Source: Candidatus Heimdallarchaeota archaeon (GTDB lineage: Archaea > Asgardarchaeota > Heimdallarchaeia > Hodarchaeales > Hodarchaeaceae). From it: DNA of 64,000 nucleotides. Positions 18,399-27,506 of the stretch are shown here, piece after piece. Every line of letters begins with the position of its first letter. Positions within the stretch are counted from its first letter, which is position 1. The stretch is from positions 496,939-560,938 of the forward strand of contig RDOB01000003.1 in assembly GCA_011364965.1 (NCBI GenBank), read 5' to 3'. Position numbers and translations under genes: made by a program. Under the pieces are notes generated by a model. It was not told the DNA's origin and searched no databases. It saw nothing but the letters and a program-made list of their open reading frames with translations.

Positions 18399-19325
18399 GT
18401 GGAAAATTTCCGAGGAATGATGATGCCAAATATTGAAATTAGAGGATTTAATCCAGATCGATTAGAAGAATTAGCAAAAGAGCAAACACAAATATATAAT
18501 GAAGCAACCTCTAAATTACCTGAATATGCACCAGCTAAGGTTGAAGATACCATTACGAGGTTCAAAAGGGAAACTTTTGATCAAAGTCGAATGTTCTATG
18601 CATATGAAGGAGAGAAATTGTTGGGATATTCGGGTTTGACTGGACGAAACGAGCAGGAAAACCGACGAGGAGTGGGATATCCTTGGTTAAGAGAAGGAAC
18701 TCCAGATATTGTTAGAGATCAATTATATGAGGCAATGGAAACAAAATGTAGACAAGAGGGAACAGCTTTACTAAGAGTTTATGGTTCTCCGCGTTACCCT
18801 GAACAATTGAACTTCTTTAAATCGAAAAAATTCAAAATAGAAGTCGAATTCTTAGTACATCATAAAGATTTAAAGACCAATGAGTTTAAAATTCCAAATA
18901 AATACATTTTCCGGGAGTTAAAGAAAGAGGATTTACCTGTATTAGAAAAAGTATCGCAAAATGACCCTAAAATGAAATCCCCATTTATTGCGTCTGATTT
19001 TGAGCAGTACATGAATTCAACAGATTATGATGCAGAAAGTATAGTTATTGCAGAAAAAAATGGATCTGTAGTTGGATTCTATGGGATGTTTATCCCCCCA
19101 GATCCAGATAATGAAAAAGTATATTTTGGGGGAGTAGCAATTCATGGAGATTATCAAGAAATAGAACCATACCTCCTCATGGAACTAGAAAACAGAGCAA
19201 TCAAACGAGGAAAAAAGAAATTTGAGATAACATTCTTTCCTGATTCTCCCCGCTTACCATTTGCAAAAGAACGAGGTTACATCTTAACAGAACATAGTTA
19301 CCAACTAGATAAAAGACTTGATTAA
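18399..19325 (+). CDS. Tandem GNAT-family N-acetyltransferase
   Basis: Two GNAT-like halves (FYAYEGEKLLGY...FFKSKKF; IAEKNGSVVGF...AIHGDYQ...ERGY). True start probably ATG near 18417-18423, after GAGG. Confidence 0.75.
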   Translation: MENFRGMMMPNIEIRGFNPDRLEELAKEQTQIYNEATSKLPEYAPAKVEDTITRFKRETFDQSRMFYAYEGEKLLGYSGLTGRNEQENRRGVGYPWLREGTPDIVRDQLYEAMETKCRQEGTALLRVYGSPRYPEQLNFFKSKKFKIEVEFLVHHKDLKTNEFKIPNKYIFRELKKEDLPVLEKVSQNDPKMKSPFIASDFEQYMNSTDYDAESIVIAEKNGSVVGFYGMFIPPDPDNEKVYFGGVAIHGDYQEIEPYLLMELENRAIKRGKKKFEITFFPDSPRLPFAKERGYILTEHSYQLDKRLD

Positions 19326-19751
19326 TCAATCACCTCTGTGAAAACTTGAATCGATTTATATTTTCAAATTCATGGTGTTTCAACCAATTTCATTCGATTC
19401 TGGGCATTTAAAAAGTAACAGCTGAGTACCCAACAAGTAGAATTCCAGTGAAACGTAAAATGCACATCCAATTAGAAGCTTTCAAAATACCCAATCAGAA
19501 TGCGATCACAAGAATATTATATACAAAATAAAGCAGAATAACGATTGAACTTGAAAGAGTACGAATGGTGCTTATTTAACTAATATATTGAGATGTAAAA
19601 TCATAATTCCCCTATAACAAACCTCCGAGTATACCAGTACCACTATAAAGTAGTGAAGAGAAGATATCACAGATGAAGAAGAATTTTCTTGGTTACCGTG
19701 GAGTTTCAACCATTTTAAACCCCATCAGTAAATAATATTGGATTGCTTTCC

Positions 19752-20948
19752 TTAGTCGCGGTAAGGATCTCTTATACCAATTGAACGGTACATTGCTGTA
19801 CGTAGAGCGAAGTCTCTTGGATCTATAAGAGCCATACCCATCCCGTTGGGGACATAAGCATATCCAATCTTGGCTTGTGGGTTAGCAAATCCAAATGAAC
19901 CTCCTGTTCCGGGCATCCCAAATGAGCTGGGAGCTCCAAAGGGATTCTTCGGAGAGGGTCTCATGAAACCAAGCGAGAATGGTGTCTCCTGTTTAAAGGC
20001 CAAGTCTCGGAATCCTTGTTGTGGTGCCACTGGTAGCGCCATCAGTTGTTGTAATGTTTCCTCTCGTATTCCAAGCTCCTTTCCACCTGTCGCAAAGACA
20101 CTGTATGCATGAGCAATCGCACGAGCTGTTCCCACTCCTCCTCCTGAAGGAACCTCGAAACTTCTGGTGTATATGCACTCTTTGTCTAATGAAATGTCAG
20201 TTCCTAACAATGATCTGCGGAATACTGAGCGTGGATTCATCGATGCCAGAATCAACGATAATGGCATTCCTCGCATTGATAAAAGGCTGATTTTGGCTTG
20301 TCGGAGGGTAGCTAGCCTGTTATCTGGAATTTCTTCTGGAAGACTGATGTAGAAGTCAAGGCCAAGCGGAGTTGCAATTTCATCCTGAAAGTACTGCCCT
20401 ATACTGCGACCTTTGGGATCAACTCGGCGCAAAAGCTCGCTTTGGTAGTATCCAAGGGTAATAGCATGGTAACCTTGCCTTGTTCCTGGTTCCCAAGCCG
20501 GTTTTTGTTGCGCCAGGATTACTGCTAAGCGATTAAGGTTTGCTATAAGATCCTTATTATTTTGTCCCTCGAATTCAAAAAGACCAGCTTGATGTGCCAG
20601 TAATTGCCTGATAGTGATTTTTTCCTTGCCTTGTTGAGCAAATTCAGGCCAATACCTTGAGATAGGCTCGTCATAGTCAAAAAATCCCTGTGAATTAGCA
20701 AGTGCCATAGCTAGACCAGCTAATCCCTTTGTAGTCGACCAAACGATCACCATTGTGTCTTCTTCCCAAGGTTCTCTTGTAGTTTCATTCCTGATGCCAC
20801 CCCATAGGTCTACTACTTTTTCTCCCTGATAATAAATGCAACAGGCAGCCCCAAGCTCATTACGCCTCTCGAAGTTTTCAGCGAAGGCTTCGCGCACAGC
20901 TTCAAATCCGGGTTTAACAAAACCTGATACCGCACTTTTTTTGCCCAC
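19752..20948 (-). CDS. Serine hydrolase, beta-lactamase class C / EstA esterase family
   Basis: WSTTKG (SxxK), LLAHQAGL, WEPGTRQGYHA, FGMPGTGGS. Confidence 0.92.
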   Translation of the reverse strand: MGKKSAVSGFVKPGFEAVREAFAENFERRNELGAACCIYYQGEKVVDLWGGIRNETTREPWEEDTMVIVWSTTKGLAGLAMALANSQGFFDYDEPISRYWPEFAQQGKEKITIRQLLAHQAGLFEFEGQNNKDLIANLNRLAVILAQQKPAWEPGTRQGYHAITLGYYQSELLRRVDPKGRSIGQYFQDEIATPLGLDFYISLPEEIPDNRLATLRQAKISLLSMRGMPLSLILASMNPRSVFRRSLLGTDISLDKECIYTRSFEVPSGGGVGTARAIAHAYSVFATGGKELGIREETLQQLMALPVAPQQGFRDLAFKQETPFSLGFMRPSPKNPFGAPSSFGMPGTGGSFGFANPQAKIGYAYVPNGMGMALIDPRDFALRTAMYRSIGIRDPYRD

Positions 20949-21080
20949 TTCGATTCACCGTGTTGTTTATAAAGAAAATGATTAACAAAAATTTATTAAA
21001 TATTTATATATAGTGTGGAGATACATAAAAGGTACAAAGTGCTTAGGCATTTCAGTTCTCACGCTTGGAAATGAGGTTTT

Positions 21081-21920
21081 TTGTTTATGACTACAGGAAA
21101 GCAAGACTCAGAGGTGAAACCTGAAGATTCAGGAGGTAATATTCCTTTCAGGGAAATAACCCGCAGATCCACTGGGCCCATAGACCTTCTTAACAACATT
21201 GCACCGAAAAATCGAATCTACGGACTGGTTGAAATCGATGTCACCAAAGCACGTAAGTTTATCTCGGAGAATGAAGCGAAAACTGGGGAGAAACTGTCCT
21301 TCACAGCTTGGGTGATAAAGTGCATTGCTCAAGCCATAAGCGAACATAGAGAAATCCAAGCCTTCAAGAAAGGGAAGATGAAGCTCATTGTTTTCGATGA
21401 TGTCGACGTTGGCATGATTATCGAACGACAGGTAAAATCAGAAAGGTTCCCAACCCAATATATCGTTAGAAAGGCAAATGAAAAGAGTTTCAGGCAGATT
21501 CATGATGAAATTCGCCGAGCTCAGAAACCAAACACTAGTGAATCTATCGTTACTGGTGAAGGAATTCCTAATTCAGTTAGTATCTTTCTTCGCCTGCCAG
21601 GCCCTTTAAAAAAGCCTTTTTGGTGGAAAATTAGGTCGGATCCTTTTCTGAGGAAGCGTCTCATGGGTACTGTTGGCGTCACAGCACTAGGCATGTTCGG
21701 GAAGGGGGGTGGATGGGCCATTCCAATCGGTTTGCACTCTGTGGTCTTCGCATTGGGAGGAATCAGCAGAAAACCAAGAGATCTGGCTAATCCAGTTGAT
21801 ATTGTTGAATACCTCTGCACAACTGTTATGTTCGATGAGGAAGTGTCATTTGGAGCCCCCGCAACCCGGTTCCTTGCTAAACTTTCAGAACTCATGCAGA
21901 CGGGGTTTGGTCTCGAATGA
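21081..21920 (+). CDS. Stand-alone 2-oxoacid dehydrogenase E2 acyltransferase catalytic-domain homologue with an altered active site
   Basis: EIDVT, LSFTAWVIKCIAQA, IVRKANEKS, GTVGVTALGMFG; the C-terminal DHxxxDG position reads DEEVSFG. Confidence 0.85.
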   Translation: MFMTTGKQDSEVKPEDSGGNIPFREITRRSTGPIDLLNNIAPKNRIYGLVEIDVTKARKFISENEAKTGEKLSFTAWVIKCIAQAISEHREIQAFKKGKMKLIVFDDVDVGMIIERQVKSERFPTQYIVRKANEKSFRQIHDEIRRAQKPNTSESIVTGEGIPNSVSIFLRLPGPLKKPFWWKIRSDPFLRKRLMGTVGVTALGMFGKGGGWAIPIGLHSVVFALGGISRKPRDLANPVDIVEYLCTTVMFDEEVSFGAPATRFLAKLSELMQTGFGLE

Positions 21921-22086
21921 TTGATAGTGTGGGGATATTTGAGATTGAGGTATTCATCCAATAGAATAGTACCCTCATATTCCATCCTCAACGATTCATT
22001 CACAAGAGTGTAATACCAATTCAATGATTTAGCAGAAGTACTAAAAGAAAAAGATAGATTAGACATTTTATAGCGGAGATGATGCA

Positions 22087-22551
22087 GTGAAAATTCTTGT
22101 AGCATTTGATTCAAAATATGGAAACACAAAAACTGTAGCAGAAACTATTGTAGATGGTATGGAAGCAATTGGGGACATTAATGTTACACTCATCAATATG
22201 AAAAAAGTTGATTTCAAGAAGCTAGATGAATATGATGCAATCGTAATGGGTTGTCCTACTCATTTTGGGAAGGCAACTAGAACAGCTATGAAATTCATTG
22301 AGAGACTTGGAAAAACTAGTGAAACAGGAAAGCCAATAGCCACCTTTGATACGTACTTTAAAACTGATTTCGAAAAAGCAGTAAAGAAGATGGAGAAAAA
22401 AATAAGAGAGGAAATATCTGGATCTCAACTGTTACTTCCAAGCTTATCTATAGAAGTTGAGGATATGAAGGGACCCATCTTGGAGAAAGAATTACCTAAA
22501 TGTAGAGAATTCGGAAAACGGATTGTTTCTCAACTTAAATCTGAATTTTAG
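22087..22551 (+). CDS. Flavodoxin-like protein
   Basis: DSKYGNTKTVAETI FMN loop, GCPTH, ATFDT, CREFGKRI. Confidence 0.9.
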   Translation: MKILVAFDSKYGNTKTVAETIVDGMEAIGDINVTLINMKKVDFKKLDEYDAIVMGCPTHFGKATRTAMKFIERLGKTSETGKPIATFDTYFKTDFEKAVKKMEKKIREEISGSQLLLPSLSIEVEDMKGPILEKELPKCREFGKRIVSQLKSEF

Positions 22552-22648
22552 ATGGAATCTTTGATAATTCAAAATTGAAAATGACTCGACAAAGGAAATA
22601 AACTGGCTTTGTTGCACAATTCAGAGCTTTTTCTATAATTCCATTTTG

Positions 22649-23050
22649 CTATGGGCAGAATTTAACTTCTCGTTGAGAAGCAAGCCAGAGATCAACTCCA
22701 AGTTCCCTCATCTTTTTCATATTATCAATAGTCTTCGCGTGGTTTAGAGCTTGTTTTCCAAATTCAATTAACTTTTCGCAAACAAAATCCTTACATTCAA
22801 AGCAGTAGGTTAATCCTTGGTTAATAGCACAAGATCGAAACGGACAATCAGAAGTCCAGCACCTATCGGCTATACCTCTACACTTTTCACAAGATACAGA
22901 AATGATGCTTGCATCAATATTTTCCTTGAAGAATTTAAGTAATCTATCATGCAGTTCAGGTTCACCATGTGACGCACGATAAATATCACAAACAGCACAA
23001 TTTAGTCCGCAAAAACTGAGATCCCATTCTTTTTTTATATCGTTTTTCAA
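22649..23050 (-). CDS. DUF3795 Cys-rich protein
   Basis: CGLNCAVC...CEKCRG...CPFRSCA...YCFECKDFVCEKL. Confidence 0.8.
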   Translation of the reverse strand: MKNDIKKEWDLSFCGLNCAVCDIYRASHGEPELHDRLLKFFKENIDASIISVSCEKCRGIADRCWTSDCPFRSCAINQGLTYCFECKDFVCEKLIEFGKQALNHAKTIDNMKKMRELGVDLWLASQREVKFCP

Positions 23051-23648
23051 TGTAATTCTCCGTAGTTTGAAAATACTATGGACATGAGTTTAACGATTTT
23101 TATAATAAAAATATTATTTAATCATAAATTCTAGCTGCTTTTCGAAATAAAGTTGGTTATCTATTAATTTACCTAAAAAAGGTTATCAAATAGATTTATT
23201 GTTATTCAAAAGCTTTCAAATTTCCGATGATTATTTTTAATGAAAGTCTTAAAAAAGAACTAATACACTACAATTGGAACTTAATTTATACATTATATAT
23301 TTTTGTGCTTCAGGTACGTCCTAAACAGAATGAACGACATTATTCTACCCGTTCAGCAGATCCTACTAAGTATTAGTAAAATAATAAATTGCTATTATTT
23401 TAGTTTTAATGAAGAATCTCCCATAATCGCAAAAGGAGATCATGAAGCCACGATCACTTTAACTTTACCTTAAAGGTTAATTAGGTTACTATTTAGGTTC
23501 ATCAGAGCTAGGAAGAGATACTTTCCAAAACGAAAATAGTGTCTTTCCATTTAAATATGTCTTCTCTTCATTGAATTGGCTCAATCCGTAGCAAAATCAA
23601 GAAATTTGATCCTAGAGTATTTGGAAAATGAACGATAACCATTGAGGA

Positions 23649-25307
23649 ATGAAATTGAATAATAAAATGAAATTATTAACAGTAACCACAATTAGTATTC
23701 TGCTATTAAGCATAAGCATTGTTAGTTGTGGATCTATCCTTGATTCAGGTCAAAATTTGCAACTGCAAGTTAATATTGCAGATTTTACGTATTCTACCTA
23801 TCTAGGAGGAGATAATTCGGTTCTTTCAGAAGTTAATATTGAAGATCAGATCAGAGATGTGACCATTGATTCGCAAGAAAACATTATTGTCACGGGAAAC
23901 ACTTTATGTGCCAATTTTCCTATTAGAAATGCTTTTCAGGATACTTTTGCTGGTGGCGGGAATGATATTCATGGTGTTGGCGGGGATGCCTTCTTGACGA
24001 AGTTTGATAAAGAGGGACAGCTTGTGTGGTCTACATTTTTAGGTGGAAGTGGCTTAGATGGAGGGAAATTTGTTAAAGTAATAGAAAACGATAAGATAAT
24101 TGTACTAGGGATTACTAAATCAAGTGATTTTCCTACCACTGATGGCGCTTATCAGAAAAACTACTGTAATAACTATGATATGTTTATAACAATGTTTTCT
24201 TCAAATGGATCAATGATCTATTCAAGTTTTCTAGGTGAGAGTGGAAACGAAGATATATCTGATTTTGAACTTGACTCAGCTGGCAATCTAATTATCTCAG
24301 GTCTTACTACATCTATTAATTATCCAGTGACGGCAAATGCAGCTCAACCAACTATTGGGGGTGAAACAGACGGTTTTCTCATGCGTTTATCTCCAAATTG
24401 CTCTTCGATCCTATACTCAACTTATTTAGGGGGGATTAATAATGACACGATTAACGAAATTAGTTTAGATGGCCAAAGTAATATTGTTGTTACAGGATAC
24501 ACTCTGAGCTCAAATTTTCCAGTTACACCCAATGCTTTTCAAAGTTCCATGAATAGCACCCTTAGTGACACCTTTATGGCAATATATAACTCTTCTGGCC
24601 AGAAAACCTATGCTACTTACTTTGGAGGTTCAGAATCGGATTATAGCTCAGGAATTGCAATTGATTCAGGAGGAAATATCATTGTGGGGGGTAGAACCTA
24701 TTCTACCGATTTTCCTACAATAAATGCCTGGCATGCAAATTATAGTAGTATTATGGTTGATGGATTTGTCACAAAATTCAGTGCAGATGGCCAAGAACTA
24801 ATTTTTTCGGGTAATTATGGAGCATCTAGTTGGGATATAATCCATGGTGTATCAATTGATTCTAATGACAATATTATTGTAAGTGGATATGCAGACATTG
24901 ATCCAAATGGTTTTCCTATTTTAAATGCATTTCAAGAAGACATCTACGGCCGGTGTGATATTGTCATAATGATGCTTTCTCCAGCAGGTCAACCATTATT
25001 TGGAACTTATTTAGGAGGTAATGAAATAGATCATCCGTGGAATCAATATCTTACTAGTAATAATCTCTATATTGTGGGATTCACGAAATCCGCTAATTTC
25101 TTTACAACTAGCAATGGTTACCAGCAAACGCTCAGAGGAAATCATGATGGATTCCTCTTTAGGTTCGATATAGAAGGATATTTAAATGCATTAACAGAAT
25201 TGGATCCTAGTGCTAGTTTTGATCCATTTTTTCTAGTTATTGTTGGTTTATTCTCCATTTTGGGAATTGGAGTAATTTTTTATAGAATTTTACGCCGTAC
25301 GAGTTAG
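23649..25307 (+). CDS. Secreted SBBP-repeat beta-propeller surface protein with C-terminal TM anchor
   Basis: Signal peptide, repeated YSTYLGG...D..GNIIVTG.T.S.NFP...AFQ...D.F.K units, terminal TM followed by RILRR. Confidence 0.88.
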   Translation: MKLNNKMKLLTVTTISILLLSISIVSCGSILDSGQNLQLQVNIADFTYSTYLGGDNSVLSEVNIEDQIRDVTIDSQENIIVTGNTLCANFPIRNAFQDTFAGGGNDIHGVGGDAFLTKFDKEGQLVWSTFLGGSGLDGGKFVKVIENDKIIVLGITKSSDFPTTDGAYQKNYCNNYDMFITMFSSNGSMIYSSFLGESGNEDISDFELDSAGNLIISGLTTSINYPVTANAAQPTIGGETDGFLMRLSPNCSSILYSTYLGGINNDTINEISLDGQSNIVVTGYTLSSNFPVTPNAFQSSMNSTLSDTFMAIYNSSGQKTYATYFGGSESDYSSGIAIDSGGNIIVGGRTYSTDFPTINAWHANYSSIMVDGFVTKFSADGQELIFSGNYGASSWDIIHGVSIDSNDNIIVSGYADIDPNGFPILNAFQEDIYGRCDIVIMMLSPAGQPLFGTYLGGNEIDHPWNQYLTSNNLYIVGFTKSANFFTTSNGYQQTLRGNHDGFLFRFDIEGYLNALTELDPSASFDPFFLVIVGLFSILGIGVIFYRILRRTS

Positions 25308-25471
25308 TTAAAATCAGTAAAAATCTACGATTTGATAATCAACCCCTCCTGTTCTAAAAGGGAAGCAGCAGAGTATATAAGGTTTCTTTTTGGTGAAACA
25401 TTAAACAACCTACAAACACTACATATAACTAAAATATGGATTTGCATACTCCAATATCAAAAAATTAGTAT

Positions 25472-26437
25472 TTATGGAACAACTCCAAATCCTAAAACTA
25501 CGCCATTAAATTCAGTAACTGAAACATCCTTAAGTCCCACTGTGGTTAGGTCATGAAAAATCTCATCTTTTGATATATTTGCTATTAACGGGTTTGAAGC
25601 AACCAATTCAATAAATGAATCAATAATGAAATGATTAACTTTTGGGGGGATGGAAAATGAGGCAACTATTACTAATCCTGCTGATTTAGTAACCCGAACA
25701 GCTTCTTTAAGAAGCTCTGTGGAACTCAAATTAAAAAATTCCTTTCTTTTTTGGTAGGATGTTAAATAACAGGCATCAAAGTCCTTATCTGGCTCTCTAA
25801 CTTTTCCACTGAGAATCTTTGTTTGATGTATTTCAGATGAATACGGTAGAACATATTTCTGAAAAGAATCATTCGCTGCAACAACATGGATGTGTTTTGC
25901 ATAACGTTCAATAATCGGATACGCATGTACGTCCAAAGAAGCTTCCTGGCTAATAACAAGGATAGAATCAACCTCTTGAGTCACTCCAAGCTGATTAATA
26001 ATAAAAGAAGCAATTTCAGGGAAAAATGAACGAAAATTAAAACCAGTAAAAGAAAATAAGGAGCCAATCTGTTTAAAAGCATTATCTGATTTTGGAGTCA
26101 GATGAACAAGTGATATATTTCCCATAGAGTCAGCAGAGAATTCAAGGAATCCCTTTCTTTCAAGCTTGTTTAAGCTGTTGTAAAAACTAGAAGCTGAGAT
26201 TCTTTTCTGGGGAGAAAGGTATGAATTTATACTTTGTAGAACAGTATAACGTACAGTTCCTTCAGGAAAGGCCGATATCATGAGTAATATAAAAACTTGA
26301 GATATAGATAAATCAATCACATCATCAAAGCCTGTAAAAGTATCAATTGATGAACTATTATTAGAATTTCCCGTGTTTTGGTTTCGTTTGTCTGAGAACA
26401 AATAATTTCTTCTCCATAATTGAATCAGTTGAATCAC
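25472..26437 (-). CDS. PadR-like winged-helix regulator fused to a degenerate methyltransferase-like domain
   Basis: ISASSFYNSLNKLERKGFL (PadR helix); C-terminal half has REPDKDFDAC and LLKEAVRVTKSAGLVIV but no GxG SAM motif. Start possibly TTG near 26401. Confidence 0.7.
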   Translation of the reverse strand: MIQLIQLWRRNYLFSDKRNQNTGNSNNSSSIDTFTGFDDVIDLSISQVFILLMISAFPEGTVRYTVLQSINSYLSPQKRISASSFYNSLNKLERKGFLEFSADSMGNISLVHLTPKSDNAFKQIGSLFSFTGFNFRSFFPEIASFIINQLGVTQEVDSILVISQEASLDVHAYPIIERYAKHIHVVAANDSFQKYVLPYSSEIHQTKILSGKVREPDKDFDACYLTSYQKRKEFFNLSSTELLKEAVRVTKSAGLVIVASFSIPPKVNHFIIDSFIELVASNPLIANISKDEIFHDLTTVGLKDVSVTEFNGVVLGFGVVP

Positions 26438-26494
26438 GATTCATTTACTTATAGTCTAATAATGTATGGTCAATAGTTTATCTTTTTTATAGAT

Positions 26495-26593
26495 TTCCAA
26501 TTCTGGAAAATATAATTTTAAATTAAATTTTATTTATTTTAGAATTCCTTTATTTAAATTCCAAATTTAGAATCATTAATTCCATAATTGGAA
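26495..26593. promoter_or_regulatory. Three TTCC-N6-(G/A)GAA palindromes, putative operators
   Basis: TTCCaattctGGAA 26495-26508, TTCCaaatttAGAA 26559-26572 and TTCCataattGGAA 26580-26593, in the divergent promoter next to the PadR-like gene. Confidence 0.6.
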
Positions 26594-26707
26594 AACCTTT
26601 TTAAGGATTTATTATCTTCTCTCAAAATCGCTGATAGCAATTCATGAATCATGATCTTGATCATTTATAATGAAATCAGTCTTTTAAAACACAAGATGTG
26701 ATGAATT

Positions 26708-27412
26708 ATGATAAAAACAATATTTAAAAAATTTATTCGGAAAAAAGCATGGGGAACTCACAAAAAAGCCATAACTCAGGTATTAATACCGAGATGCAGA
26801 CGGGATGGAGTACCAGAGTACGGTCGTTTCACTTACAAAGATATAGAACGGATAATATTCCAAACAGAATCGAATATTAGAGAGTTAATGTCTTATTTCA
26901 AAAACCTTGATAATATTGGTAATTATATGATGCAATATGCTGGATTAATATATTTAGCTATATATAGAGCTCTAAAAGATGAGAACATAGATTCTACTTA
27001 TGCTATGAATCTAATTGGGGATATTCAATGGCAATATCGTATGAATAGTAATGGTTTATTTCCTATACTTGATCCGTTAAGACTGAAATTAGCCAAATTT
27101 AGAGCAAAAAGCCCAATAGATTTTCTGGGAAAACGTCTTGAAGACGCGTTGAAATACCCATATACCGAACCAGGCTATAAAGCAAAACTTTACAAAGATA
27201 AGGATGTATATTGTATGAATCTCTATTCATGTACGGTTTTTGATTTCTATAAACAATTCGGACAGGAAGAGATAACCTTGTTCAGAAGAACTTGGTGTAC
27301 CTATGATTTTGCAGTTGCAGAATATCTTGTTGAGGGTGGAAAATATGAAAGAGAACATACACTCTCCGATGGGGATGAGGTATGTGATATGAAATTTTTT
27401 ATTGGAAAGTAA
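26708..27412 (+). CDS. ATC-hydrolase-like (V4R clan) protein, paralog of 51001-51723
   Basis: YSC.V.DFY...WCTYD...REHTLSDGDEVCD three-Cys pattern. Confidence 0.78.
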   Translation: MIKTIFKKFIRKKAWGTHKKAITQVLIPRCRRDGVPEYGRFTYKDIERIIFQTESNIRELMSYFKNLDNIGNYMMQYAGLIYLAIYRALKDENIDSTYAMNLIGDIQWQYRMNSNGLFPILDPLRLKLAKFRAKSPIDFLGKRLEDALKYPYTEPGYKAKLYKDKDVYCMNLYSCTVFDFYKQFGQEEITLFRRTWCTYDFAVAEYLVEGGKYEREHTLSDGDEVCDMKFFIGK

Positions 27413-27506
27413 ATCCATTTTCGCTCCAATTAAGTAAATAGTATGTCTAAAAGCTCTAAAATCAAAGGAAAATATAATTAATTATAGATTCAGTAATTCA
27501 CCTGAC

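Noticed and set aside
21521-22129. 202-aa minus-strand ORF
   Set aside because: Antisense to the E2-like and flavodoxin genes, with no motifs. The same applies to the other short antisense or off-frame ORFs inside long genes (e.g. 5518-5979, 8202-8552, 27973-28404).
23800-25170. Repeats within the SBBP gene as CRISPR or DGR repeats
   Set aside because: They are protein-level propeller repeats with diverged nucleotides; no spacers, cas genes or reverse transcriptase.
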